A DNA stretch of 64,000 bases from Podarcis bocagei (taxonomy: Eukaryota): assembly GCA_964188305.1 (NCBI GenBank), contig OZ076888.1, one strand, 5' to 3'. Below are positions 24,508 through 37,320 of the stretch, piece by piece. How positions within the stretch are numbered: the stretch's first letter is position 1; every line of letters starts with the position of its first letter. The notes beneath the pieces are model-generated. The model worked only from the letters and a program-made list of their open reading frames with translations. It searched no databases and was not told where the DNA came from. A program made the translations under genes and the position numbers.

Positions 24508-27500
24508 TATTTCACAAATCAACAAACATTTTCATAATAATTGCTTTGCATTAGCCTTTCCTCAAAAAAGCTTTACAGTCATAGTTCCAGTAGATTAAAA
24601 CTACGCTCTAATGTAGATAGAAGCAAATCTGCATTTGTAAATTAATATTAAATGTTCACAAAATGTTCACCTAAATAAGGTGAGGCTTAAAACTGGCTAC
24701 TTTGAAAACAGTAGTAATTCAGTGCTTGAATTGTTATGCTTAATTTTGACTTAATTTCGGGGGATGATAGAAAGTGTGATATGTTAAGGATGAATGAAAC
24801 ACACAGAAAGAACTCTGCTGGACACAAGCAAAATAATCTGATGATTATTCTAAGTTCACTCGTGTTGATCATAACCTGTTCTACAAGGGCCCAAGACATT
24901 ATTCAAGGGAAATTTAGCAGTTAGGATCACATGTAGTCGCAGTTGGTACAGTCACAGTGCTTCCAAGTTTGAGTAACCAGATCAGCACCTGAGAGAGCTC
25001 CCAGTGAGCCAAACCTGGCAGAAGTTTCTTCCCTCATTGGATAACATGGGAAGATGTTAACACAGCAAGTTGTTGTTCTCCTTGGATTTTAATGGCATTT
25101 CCAGGCTATAACATTATTACTCCTCTATTCTAATTGTTCATAAATTCTCCAACAAGGAGTTGCCTGGTTTTGTATTCTTAAGCTTTTGTGAAGCTGAGGA
25201 GAGGGGTTGTGCGGTTGGTAGCTCATCCTCTGACAATGTGGTTATGTATTTTGGCTGGGACAGTGCAAAAGAGGGTCCCAAAGGATCCCACTTTGAGACA
25301 ACACCCCAAACCTTCTGCTTGTCTGCAGCATCCCCCATGCCTTGTAAGAACCCAGAGCCAGGGGTTGTGACACACATAAATTACGGTACTATAATTTTTC
25401 AAAATTCCATTCAGGTTAGACCCTAAATTTTGTTGCACATTCTCAGGGCTGCAGAGTATTATATATATATTCTTAAAATTGCTTCACTTTATAATATAAT
25501 TTCATCTGAAGCCACACTGCATCATGCTTTTTGTAGTTTTGAACTTCCTTTCCCTTTGACTCTGAATGGAGCAGAGGCCACTTGGGAGTAAACATTCAAT
25601 ATTTTAAGTGTATCTTAAGTGCAAAAATGTGGTGCTGTTGGGATGGACAAAATTATGGGATGGACTCGAGGCAAAGGACTGAAAATATTGCAATAAATAT
25701 GGCATGCTGGTAGCTCTTATATTGAAAATCCTAAATTACCAAAATCTTCCAGAATGAAAATACAGAGTTTCCTCAAAAAACTATGGATTTCAGTAAGGCT
25801 ACATGAATTTCCAGGCAAGCATACTGATGCAGCCATAGTATTTGAGTATGATTTTACTATTGATGGATTTTGGCTGTAGTCGTATTATTTGAAATTTAGT
25901 TTACAATTATAATATAAATATTGTGCAGAGAGAATAACAAAATGTTGCCATATTGTTCCACAGATATTGACCTCTGGATAATGAAATGATAACTTTGGAA
26001 TGATTTCTATAGGTCCCTTACAAGAAAAAGAGAGTGAGATGTGAGTAGCATCCAGGAGCTGATTGGCAGACCTTTGTCTTTTCTGTGAGCAGACATCTAT
26101 TTTCTTCCTTCTCATTTAAAGATTCTAGTCATAACTGTGACTCAAAGCCTAATGATCTTGGAGATCTTGGCTGAACTGTGCCCATCAGAGGAGGCTGTTA
26201 ACAGAAGTACTTTAAAATACTTCATCTATATTTCTTTTGTTTTAGCATCAAACGTTAAATGAACCACATCAAATAAGAACAAAATAGCACTTCTGCCCAC
26301 TTAATGGGCTAACTGCAGTGCAAAGTGCCCAGGGCAGCATGCAGTTACGCTTCAAATACATCTTCACTCACTGATAAGATCCAGACCAGACTATAATGAA
26401 ATTAACAGTGTATATCACTGGCCCTAGCACACATACACACTTCCTAAAGCATCAGATTAAAACAAGGGCAGTATCCAACTAAGTCCTACTTAGAGTAGAC
26501 CATTGAAATTAACGTACCTACATTAATCATACCCATAGATTTCAGTGAACCTTTTCAGATAATTATTGTCATGTGGGCAGGGGAGGGGGGAAGAGCTATT
26601 TTCCCTCAGACTTACAAACAAAACGAATGCACACTATGGAAGGAGAGTGGAGGGAAAAGGTAGAGGAGAGAGATCAATGTGAAAAGATCAGAATTTCAGC
26701 AGAAAGTTAAAGTATATGCCCTGACTGGAAATGAAGTTGTATGGCTGCCCCCAAAACCTTTGCAGGCACAAATATTATTAATAATAACAGCAATAATACA
26801 TTTATTGTCATTGTACAACCTGTGTACAATGAAATGAAATTAAATCATATTGAAAGGGGGATTGTACATGACTGTCCCGATAGTATGCCTTGTGAGCACA
26901 GATAACCATGAATGCACAATAAAAAGGACACCCTTAATTCACATGGATACTTGTGAATAAACAGTTTGTCCAAATGTCCATGCATGTTCTGCTGTGGCAA
27001 TGGAAACCTGTCCAAATTGACCTTTAGATGTTACCACAATGCAAGTATTAATAATATATCTGTGCACAAATAAGTACTCTCAGAAACAATTTCAGCCATT
27101 TGTGCCTAAGGTACTGACAAGATCCCTTTTAATATATATTGGCTTTTTGTATCTGGCGGTGAGAATGTCAGCTCCTTGGAGGCAAGGAGGGCTTGAGAGA
27201 CTAAGAAAGCCGACGATTTAAACTTGAGCAATACTAAATAGCCATTGTCAACATGGACTGCAGTGAGATGGGGCAAAGAATAGCAGTCTACAGATCAGAA
27301 GGCCTTTCATGTCACGATGTTCGCAGTACAGTATATTCTGTCACAAGCAAATTTGTTCCTCTCCATTCTATCTACAAAACATATGGAAATACAACTGAAG
27401 GCTAATTCTGCTTTGATGTTCTATGAAAGCCCAATTCCTTTTTCTTCTGATGCAATATTTCTATTGATGTTTCATTAAAATGCATTAAAAATGTGATTCC

Positions 27501-28057
27501 CTATCACCAAAGCATTATCTACACAACTATTCATTTTTTGATGGACTAGGACTTCAAACACAAATGTAATTACACATATGTTTACAGCTAAACCTTCAAC
27601 TTGAAATGCATGTCTGTCCCTGTCACTCTGGTCAGTTTTTGTACATAAGGAGGTTTCAGAAGGCATTTACATATCATGAGGAGAATTATTTTCTATCCCA
27701 GGAAAATATATTAATACACACTTTGATATGACTTCTTACGTATTTTAAAAATGCCTTATTTATGCCTAATGCTTTACAGACCTTTACAGACCTAATGCTT
27801 TACATGAGTCTGACCCAAACATGCCATGATAGTTAAGCAATGCCTTTCAGTCTCTTTCATTCTCTCAAGAGCCAATGTGGGATTTAGGTTAGAGTGGTGG
27901 GCAAGGATCTGGACCTTGGGGCATTCATCACATCTCAGCCTAACCTAATTCACAGAATTGTTGTGAGAATAAAACGAGAAGATAGAACAACCATGCATGC
28001 TACCTTGAGCTTCTTGGAAGAATAAATTAAAAAGAAGTGACCAAAATGGTTAGATAG

Positions 28058-28386
28058 AAAGGGACCCCTGACCATTAGGTTTAGTCGTGGGCGACTCTGG
28101 GGTTGTGGCGCTCATCTTTCTTTACTGGCCGAGGGAGCCAGTGTACAGCTTCTGGGTCATGTGGCCAGCATGACTAAGCCGCTTCTGGCGAACCAGAGCA
28201 GCGCACGGAAACGCCGTTTACCTTCCCGCCTATTTATCTACTTGCACTTTGACATGCTTTCGAACTGCTAGGTTGGCAGGAGCAGGGACCGAGCAACGGG
28301 AGCTCACCCCCTCGCGGGGATTCGAACCACTGACCTTCTGATCGGCAAGTCCTAGGCTCTGTGGTTTAACCCACAGCGCCACCTGT
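28058..28386 (-). mobile_element. Sauria SINE (with small internal deletion)
   Basis: Reverse complement of the 18100 family: gggacccctgacc...tatttatctacttgcac...ggattcgaacc...cacagcgccacc. Confidence 0.9.
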
Positions 28387-29554
28387 GAAACATATAGAAC
28401 ACTAAAATAAGGACACTTATAGTCCACTACCTTCTGATGGCTAGAAAAATCTGCTCAAGTACTCTTTTCTTGAAACTCATTGTATGAAGTCTGCCTTCTA
28501 ATGGAGACTTCATCACAGAGCAAACCAAGGCGTAGTTGTCACAAAAATGTTTGGCAATGGAAAATCTGACTTTATGAATTTAAAGCATTTTCAAATTCTG
28601 GATGAGAGATTTTTAGTAGCAGCCAAGAATGTAACTCTGCTTACAAAATGCAAGTTGTATATTTACTAGTATGGTCATAGAAACACATTAGGTGGGATCC
28701 AGGCTAAGTTAGGTGAAGTTCCTACTGAAATCAGTAAGACTCCATGGCTAACTTGCCTGGATTCCAATGGGACCTAAATTCAGCTAATTTACTGACATTA
28801 ATGGGATTTACTCTCAGAAAAGTGGGCCCAGGCCTTAGTCTGGTTCCACCCCAGTGATCATAATCCATGCTATTTTTCTGTAAAAAGAGGTGCCAGAACT
28901 TCTCCCTTGTTCTCTTATCATCATCATCATCATCATGGCAATGGTGCCCACCTGAGAGGTGCTTAAACTGAGTTCCGCCAAGTTCCAGCTGAAGAAAAGC
29001 TCTGATCATAATTATTATCATAGGTATGCCAATGGTAGTGATTATGTTCAAGCAAAGAATAGTGAACTATGTCTACCAATGGCCTGAGAGAATCGGCTGT
29101 GAGTCTTGCTGGACCTGCCCCCTTCCTTGTGCTACGTTACTTGTGTGGTGGACAAATTATCAAATCAGCTGTGGAACCTGCTGAAAGAGATTAGTCAAAT
29201 GTTGACTTCTTTTAGAAATTAGAATTCAATTATTTGTTTGGAGGGGGAAGAATAACCATGAGATTCTCCTTTCCTCACTGCCATCTGAAAACTGTTCCTA
29301 AATATATTTTGTTGGGAGTAAAATCAGTATTTTTTCTTTATTATTTTACTTCCAAGGAATTATAGGAATTATAGGATTATTATTTTACTTCCAAGGAATT
29401 ATATGTAGGATTCGGCTGCAACCAGTACCCTGCAAGAGTCCTTGGGTAAGTGAATATATATAACGGTGTAGAAATAAACTGGCTAGCACATTTGCAAAGC
29501 TAAGCAGGGTCTGGTATGGTTTCAAATTGGATTGGAGACTGTGTGTTGAGATTC

Positions 29555-29603
29555 GGGGGTTGGGCTAGATGACCCTTGGATTCCCTTCTAGCTCTATGAC
29601 TCA
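29555..29603 (+). mobile_element. CR1 3' terminal fragment
   Basis: ggggttgggctagatgacccttggattcccttctagctctatga matches the canonical CR1 3' end. Confidence 0.6.
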
Positions 29604-30305
29604 GTGACTCCATATATATTCATTATAATTCAGGCTGATCCCTTATAAAGCATAATAATAATAATAATAATATATTATTTATACCCCACCCATCTGGCTA
29701 GGTTTCCCCAGCTACAATGAATGCCAACAGGGAAACATAGTTTAATTTGTTGTTGTTGTTGCTGTTGTTGTTGTTTAAAAACTTATGCTATTTTAAAGGT
29801 CCCTGTGGTTTAACAAAGCTGCTAAAGGACCCATGCCGTTTCTAAATATTTACACATTTGTCTATAACAAAGGAAGGTGCATCTGCTATTAGCAGCAGCG
29901 TGGAGGAGGCGAGGAGTGTCAGTATCCTGTTCAATGAGTCCCAGCTGGAGACGCCAGAAAAACCCAGCTGGCTGAGTGAGTTCTTTACACTAGTATTTAT
30001 CCCTCGCCTCGCAGCTGCAACAGGGACCAAGTGCACGGCAGGAAGCGATGGTTTTGCTGCTTTCTTCCCGGACCTCCAAGCCAGGCGCTTGCCAAAGTCT
30101 GGCAGAGCCGCCTGAGTAGAGCATCCTCCGGGAGCTCCTTGCAAGCGGGGAGCATTTGGTCCAAGGCAGCGGCGAGGTGACGCGGGGAGTAAAAGCGGGG
30201 GCTGGGTGGAGGTGGGGGTGGGAGAGACGCTTGAGTCGAGTTGGGTGCCTGCTTGGAACAAGCAGCGCCCCAGAGGAGTCTATTGGGAGCGATAAGGATC
30301 TGGCG

Positions 30306-30313
30306 TGACGTCA
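30306..30313. promoter_or_regulatory. Perfect palindromic cAMP response element TGACGTCA
   Basis: Seen directly; a proximal CRE is an established feature of mammalian VMAT2 promoters. Confidence 0.85.
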
Positions 30314-30339
30314 GAGAGGAGTCTGGTAAGTGGAGCTGC

Positions 30340-30461
30340 CCAGAGGCGCTGGGAGCTCTTTCGAGTTCTGCTGGAGAGGACGAGGCAGCGTTTTGCTGAG
30401 GCGGAGGGCAGCAGGCAAGCTCGGGGGACCGCGGCTGGGGAAGCCTCGCCCGCCCAGGAGG
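30340..30461 (+). other. SLC18A2: Probable non-coding exon 1 of SLC18A2 (start approximate)
   Basis: Downstream of the CRE, ATG-free, ends at donor gagg|GTAAGC (30461/30462). Mammalian SLC18A2 has an untranslated first exon. TSS is inferred only. Confidence 0.6.
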
Positions 30462-32963
30462 GTAAGCGAAGCCCCTGGCGCGCGGGAAGGGAATTTAGGC
30501 GGGAAAAGGGAGCAGGCGAGAGAAAAGGCGGGGAAAAAGTGAGGGCGAGTGGCGCGCCCAGAGGGAGAGGCGTGGGGTGGGTCTGGGAGTGGGGGGCGCT
30601 CACGTGAGTGAAGGGGGCGGGCAGGAAAAAAGGGGTCACGAATGTGAGGTATACTTGGGAGGGAAACGTCGAGATTTAGGCCTTGCAAAGCAGGGGTGGG
30701 GGGAAGCTGTGCCCATGGCTGGACTGGAACACCCATCTCCCTCGACATTTATTTATTCATTGCGCTTATATCCCACCTTTTTCTCCGAGGAGCACGCGGT
30801 TCTCTTCCTCCTTCAATCCCCACAACAACCCTGTGAGGCAGGGACTGACCCAGGTTCACTCTGTAACCATTACGCCACACATGCTGGATGGGGTGGCTGA
30901 TGGGTTTTGGAGTCCAGTAGCATCTGTAGGGCTGCAGCTGCCCCACCCCTTCTGTGTGGGATACTGAGATGGAGCAGGGAAAGTATCTAGTTGGGCAATG
31001 AAGGTGACAAAATACTCAAACAAGTATTGAAAAAAGGGCAATAGAAGTGGTCTAGAAGCATTAATCCCAGTAACCTTGGTTGCTGTGGCTGGCTCAAAAA
31101 TTGATACTGGCACCTGTGGGTTATTAGCTTTGTAAATTGGCTGCTGTTTTTTGAAGTCCTTAAAGTAAGGGGTGAATAGTGTGTTTTCCGCACTAAGGTC
31201 AGACCTGAAATTGGGTGAGAGTTCTTCTGAGCATGTACAAAGAACATTTGGCTCACTGCTGGACTTTCAACGCATCTAGGTTTAGAAAGCTGCTTGTAGG
31301 TTAGAGAGAGTGGCTTCCAAGCTGGTTTAATTGTTGGCAGTTATATTTCAGCACTTTGTAGGAGAGGACAGTGGAGGAAAACAGGGAGCACAAAGGTAGT
31401 GCTCTGAAAGTGCACGTTGAGTTCACTTTATGTGTCTTGTTGCGTAACACAAGCTGGTTTTTTGGACAGTGCCAAAGATACATTCAGATTCTCTTCTGAT
31501 GAATGGAGATTTCAGTCATCTACAGTGCACCCACTATATGGCGGGTTCAAAACTAAGGTTTTCTTAGTTAGCAGGACACACAGTAAATCCATGTAATGAA
31601 CCTCTACCCAAATGCAATTGCAGAAAAAGAGCAACCAGTCTCTGGTGCAAAAACTGCTTTGTCAGTCAGAAGGGAGTGTAATTGTTGGTCAGCGAGAGTG
31701 TATAGCGGGGTTTACATGCATTTGGTAGTTCGCACAATAATACCCCTTTGTGTTAATAGCATCCTTACTTTGTGTCCTTTGTGTGATGGACACTTCTCCA
31801 ACCTGTTGAATCAGACATGATTGTTGAACTACAATTTGCCCTGTTTGCAGGTTAGAAAACAGGAGAGACATATTTTTTCTGAAAGGGGAATTTGAGGGAT
31901 TGATCAAGGTGGTGCAGGAGTCTTGCTTTGAGGCAAATTTGCCCCTTCCCCATTGTGCTGAGTATCTTGTCCTCACAGCCCAAGTTGCAGCAGTAATGTA
32001 GGGATCCCTGGTCTGGAGTTTCGACTAGGGTTTTGAGAAGTCAAATGTTAGTAATCCATTATTCCTGTCTGATATCCTGTTTGTTTATGGCCAAACTAGA
32101 TTAAGCAGTGAAGAATTAGAACGTGAGCATTTTCTAATATGGGAATTGGAACAAAACATAATTCAGAGAGATGTGTTCAGTCCTCTTTGAATGTAGATTT
32201 TCTTTAAAAAATGTATACATTTGTAGCATTTGGAGTTCTAGATGTTTATGATTTGAAAGCTAAGCAGAATAAATATACTCAATGGATACTGCTGACCATT
32301 CATAGTGCTTTGAGAATATTCTAAATGAAGCTGAAGTGCTTGATGTTCTTTGCCTTGGGAAATATGTGTAGACGGATTAATTAATACAGAAGTGGAAATG
32401 AAACCTGCTGGCTAGAGATATCTTCCATTTATACCAGTTCACTTAATGCTTATACTGTATTTGAATGCATCTTTATTGCCCTTATTTTAATATGTTTGGG
32501 TTCTGGTGGACTTCATTGCTAGTTCTATCTCCACCCTTCCCCACAACCCCTTTAAATCCTACATAATTGGACTTCGCAAAGTTTATTTTTTGGTAGTCAG
32601 TTTTATGAAAAGGGCAAGTGGCTTTTGTATAGTAAATTAGAATGGTAATGCTGAAACCAATGATGAGAGCTTGGCTGGAATTATCATTTGTTTTCATAGT
32701 GATCACAGGAAAACATTGATTTACTTGGCTATTATAAGTAGGTCCCAAATGCAGAAGCAGCCTCATTGACCCCTCCCTATTATGCCCAGGAATGGAAGAG
32801 AACCAAACATCTTACATTTCTGGTGGCAGATTGGAAATCATGTTCTTCCTTAAGAAGGCTGCCTTGAAAACAAAAGGGGATAATGCATTTTAATTTTGGA
32901 TTTGTATTAAAATATTATTTTTTATGTTTGTAGTATAAGCCATTACTCAAGGGAAACTAAACC

Positions 32964-33084
32964 ATGGCTTGGAGTGAATTCGGTGTCCTCAGCTGGCTCA
33001 GAGAGAGTCGGCAATCCCGGAAACTAATCTTGTTGATTGTCTTCATTGCTCTGCTCTTGGACAACATGTTACTTACTGTAGTTG
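32964..33084 (+). CDS. SLC18A2: SLC18A2 (VMAT2) coding exon 1 (exon starts ~32934); missed by the ORF track
   Basis: Kozak accATGg; [40 protein letters not shown]; acceptor tttgtag at 32933, donor g|gtacgt; 121 coding nt. Confidence 0.96.
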
Positions 33085-36000
33085 GTACGTAGTTGTTTTT
33101 TATTCTTTCCTCTTGTTTTTTTAACAACCTTTAAAGAAGGCTAAAATGCTACAATTGCTATGAAAGTGCAATTGATTTCTTTATAAACAAAGCTAGCCAT
33201 TTGTTAGGACATATCCCTTACCCATTTCTGGTTACAATTGTAATAGTATTGCTTCTGTGGATATCTGCAGGAACCGTCAAATAATGCTTTGAATAAAAAA
33301 AAAATCATAAGACAAAAATAGCAATGTAATTATTTTTTTAAAAAAATCTACAGTACTTTCCTTTGTGGTTTCACAAACCAAAATGACAGTGAGGATAGGA
33401 CTTGAGATGCATGCTTCCTTTTGATAGGCTCTTTTTCATCTTTGAGCTTATGAGACTATTTAGCTTTGCAAAGCTACAGCATTTAGTCATCATAGATTAT
33501 GAATATGGCCACAGATGGAAAAACTTGCACCACTGCTTGTATTTAATAAGAATTGGCCAGAGAAGTAAACACGACACCCACATTATTTGACTTCAGCAAG
33601 GTATGATCAATACCAAAATACTGTTAGGTTGGTATTCAACCTAGTTTTACTCAGAGTAGACTTACTAACATTACTAAACCCATAGTGAAATCTTCTTAAG
33701 CTGCCCCGCTCTTGTTTTTGCTGGTCAGCTTGTAGGGCCAAGTTTGAAGCAAGTGGTTACTATTGTGGAATAACACAAGTTTCCTGCTTTGACTCAGCCT
33801 TGGTGAGCTAATTGCTCTGGGCTGTATGTGTATGCCATTACCGAGATGTTATCTTGTGTAATTAGGCGTCAAAAGGCGGGGAGGAATGCATCCACAGTGC
33901 TGTAAAGTGAGGAACCTGAGAAAGCAACATAAGAACATGATGCTTGCTGCAGTACATTGCTACCAAGATAAACCATTGTTTATCTTGCTGTCTGAATGTA
34001 GCCAATGAAAAGGCATGAAAAATTTCTTTCTATGGCATTGAATAACAAATACTCTTATGCTCAGTAGTGGACAGCATGGTGGGTGAGTTGCTTCTGCTTG
34101 CTGGGAGGGACTAGGTTCCAGGATGCTCCTTGGCAGAATGAAGGCTCTCTTTAAATATAGACCCAAGTGTTTTAATTGTTGTTGCAACCAGTTAATAAAG
34201 TGCTTAATCAGAAATTATGTGCTGTAGAAACTTTGAAGATTGCTTTATACTTGTCCTTTAAGTGGGCCTCTTTTCTCAGTGGTTTAAATCCACCATGCTC
34301 TATACACGATTTCTTCAGCATTTCAAAATATCGTGGAAGTCCATTTTACAAATTCCTTATTGTTGTGCAGTCTAGGTTTACCAAAATAAACTGAAATCCA
34401 TAAATTATAGAGCTGGTGCTCTTCTGTCTTGTTGTATCTCCCCCACTATAACACACACAAACACACATGAAACCTTGAGTGTCAACCTGGATTTAATTCT
34501 ACTACCAAGTCTTGTGTGTTATTGATGTTAAGGAGATTTGCTTTTAAAAATAATAATCTGACATCTGTGGGTTTTCCCCCCTAACTATAAACCTAGCTTT
34601 GCCTTCATTATTCAGACTGCCACTTCAACATAGTGAAATAATTTGGAATGGGACTGGCTTCAAAAATGGACTTTCCAAATGTTGATAACATTTGAAGTTG
34701 ATTATCATATCTTCATTTTCCTGTCTCAGTTGTCTAGATTTCCTAGCTGTTCCAGTTTATACTCCTGCCTTTTCGGTGCTTTGCATCTCCCCCCTCTCCC
34801 TGCTTGAAAGCACCATGTAACTGTTTGGGTAGTTATTTGAATAACACCCTTTTATGGCCGTTTGTGCTCTAACAGGAGCAATACAATGTGTCTGAGTGAC
34901 ACTCTGGAGTGTTTATTTTCCTGTGTGTTTGATGTTATATTCTTGCCAGAGTTGCTATTTTGTTCTGAAATTGAAAAACAACCTTTTGCAAATTTGTTGC
35001 TGTATCACTTGGCCTTTCACATCTCGACAGAAAGGTTTCCTAAATAAATATAATTGTTGCCACAGTAAATCGATCCAGACATCTGCAAGTCATGATGCAC
35101 GTAAATGACTGTTGATTTTGTCACTCATATTTCCTGATAAAACATGCTGCTTCACCTGCTTCTACTATTTTTAGTTCTCGTTTCCTTCCTTTCAATACAG
35201 TTAGGATGTAATTAGGATTTTAAATCGCATGCAGAAGTTTAATCTTACCTTTCAGAGTTTAGCTTTATCCTTCCTGCATTATATAAAAGGAACAAGGTAC
35301 TAGTGGTGGAGAAGCCAATGTTATATGGGATTCTCCAGCTTTTTTATTGTCAGGAGCATGGGATCACGTAGGAGGCAGGGCCATGGTAAGTTGCTTCTCT
35401 GCCTCTTTGGTTACACTTTAAGTCTCTTTGAAACCAATAAAAAATAGCTGTGACTTAGCTCCCAATGAAATCGGTGGGACTTAATTGCAAGTCCTGCATT
35501 TTAGTCTGTCTATATCCTTTATTCTTTAATGTTCAAGCTTTGTGTAAAACAGTTTGAAGAATAAACAAACTTAATAATAAAACAAAGAACAATGAAAATA
35601 AAGAACTCTGGTAAAACTCCTGCAGAAGAGGAATATAGTGTTCCTGATAAAAGATACTGAATGAAACTTGTACTATAAGTACACAATGCTCTCTAGATGT
35701 TTACTACAACTGGCTGCGGCTGATGGGAATTGTAAATAAAACAATTCTTAGCGTATTGGAACAATTCTTGTGATGTGTTGAAGACAATAGCAATTAGGTG
35801 ACTTTCAGTATAAACATCTCTTGTTTATATTTTATTCCCCACTCTTGGAATAGTAGTGATTCTTTTGCCTTAGCAAATGAAATATATTCTTTGCACCGTG
35901 TTATGAAAGGGAAGTGTGTGCATGGCATGCGTCACTTTCATTCTTGACTTTAAATGACTGGAAGTTTATATTGTAATTCAGATCAAAAATACCATTGGAG

Positions 36001-36962
36001 TCTGTGGGGTATGCAGGTTAAAACTGCCCCACTTCTCTTTTCATCATAACTTACCCCATTGTATTTTGCAATAATGTATCGTCATGATGCTTATTTATAT
36101 GCCACTGTTTCAAATTATACTCAAAGCAGTTAATCACAACAGTAAATAAAAAATAAATGTGTTCCACAAAAACAACAGATATTAAATACATCTTTCAAAG
36201 TGTTTTATACCCACATTATCAAACCAACAAAGAAATTCATCTTATTATTATTAGCTACATATTTGCACTAAGGTGTCTCAAAGCAATTTACATAATAAAA
36301 ATTGAATTATTAAATTTCCCTATTCATATGAAAAACATTCAGATCTGTTTCATCGACTGTATGGGTCTTTCCCCGCTCCCTTGACCTGTCCTCTCATACA
36401 TATAGTGCCTAAGAGCTGGATTACTGGTTGCTGGTGCTCAAGTCTATCCAGAAGTCCTTCCCCCACAATATTTGATAAATTGGCACTCTCTATTTGCCAA
36501 ACAGGATTTTTTTCCGGGAACTTTAGAGTTTAGTTTCCTTGCATTTTAGAGAAATGAACTTTGCATTGAAAATGGATGCCATGCAGAACTTTGTTGAGCC
36601 TTGTTGCAAATTCTCCTGACCATATGGAAACGAGTAGGGGAGAGGGGTTGAATTTCCATCATTTTAGAAAGTAGCGGCACCTATGTTTTCCCCAAAGATG
36701 GAGGTATGATAGGAGGATGCCCAAGGTGTCAGTGTTTCAGTTTGCATGAGAACTTCCTGCACATTTTTGTAAGGAGCACAGCTTATGATTCAATGATAAC
36801 TTATGTACTCTTCCATGATTTCTGGCAGTACGTACTGTATAACCTGAAAGCTTAAATAATCTTCTTGTAATTTGATCCAGCAAAGGTATAACATTTATGT
36901 ATGTTTTGATAGTGGTATTTGTATATTTCCCTATATAATATTTGTTCTGTTTGTTTTTTCAG

Positions 36963-37320
36963 TGCCAATTATTCCCAGTTACTTGTACAGCATTACACAC
37001 CAAAAAAATGCAACAGAAATCCAAACTATTAGGCCGGAGACATCTACATTAAGCCTGAATAGTTTTCAAAGTATCTTCTCCTATTATGACAACTCCACAA
37101 TGATTACTGGAAATCATTCTGAAGGGACAAGACCAGGAGATTTTTATCATGCTCGGACAGAGCAAATGGTGGTAAATATGACTAAGGCATCACCATCCTC
37201 TGACTGCCCCAAGGAAGACAAAGACCTGCTAAATGAAAATGTCCAAGTTGGTTTGTTGTTTGCTTCCAAAGCAACTGTGCAGCTGCTTACTAACCCTTTT
37301 ATAGGGCCAATGACAAATAG
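36963..37320 (+). CDS. SLC18A2: SLC18A2 coding exon 2 (luminal loop, TM2)
   Basis: ttttttcag|...VPIIPSYLY...[40 protein letters not shown]|gtatgc; 358 nt. Confidence 0.97.

Larger units (their letters stand above)
29890..30800 (+). promoter_or_regulatory. SLC18A2: CpG-rich SLC18A2 promoter / first-exon region
   Basis: The only extended GC/CpG-rich non-TE stretch in the window, ~2.5 kb upstream of the ATG exon. Contains an inverted CCAAT (ATTGG 30282-30286), CRE 30306-30313, palindromic E-box ctCACGTGag 30599-30608 and a GC box near 30613-30620. Confidence 0.85.

Noticed and set aside
24950-25372. Possible solo LTR with gtcaca...tgtgaca termini
   Set aside because: One terminus is imperfect and no TSD is visible; not supportable without a repeat search.
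27018-27025. Nurr1 NBRE (TGACCTTT) 3.3 kb upstream of the SLC18A2 promoter; another at 4530
   Set aside because: About two such 8-mers are expected by chance in 64 kb on both strands; no conservation data.
29497-29540. 5S rRNA-like fragment (aagctaagcagggtc...tggattggagac)
   Set aside because: Short and diverged; at most a decayed 5S-derived repeat, not an rRNA gene.
29842-30967. Many overlapping 85-145 aa ORFs at the promoter
   Set aside because: Expected in GC-rich, stop-poor CpG island; no domain similarity.
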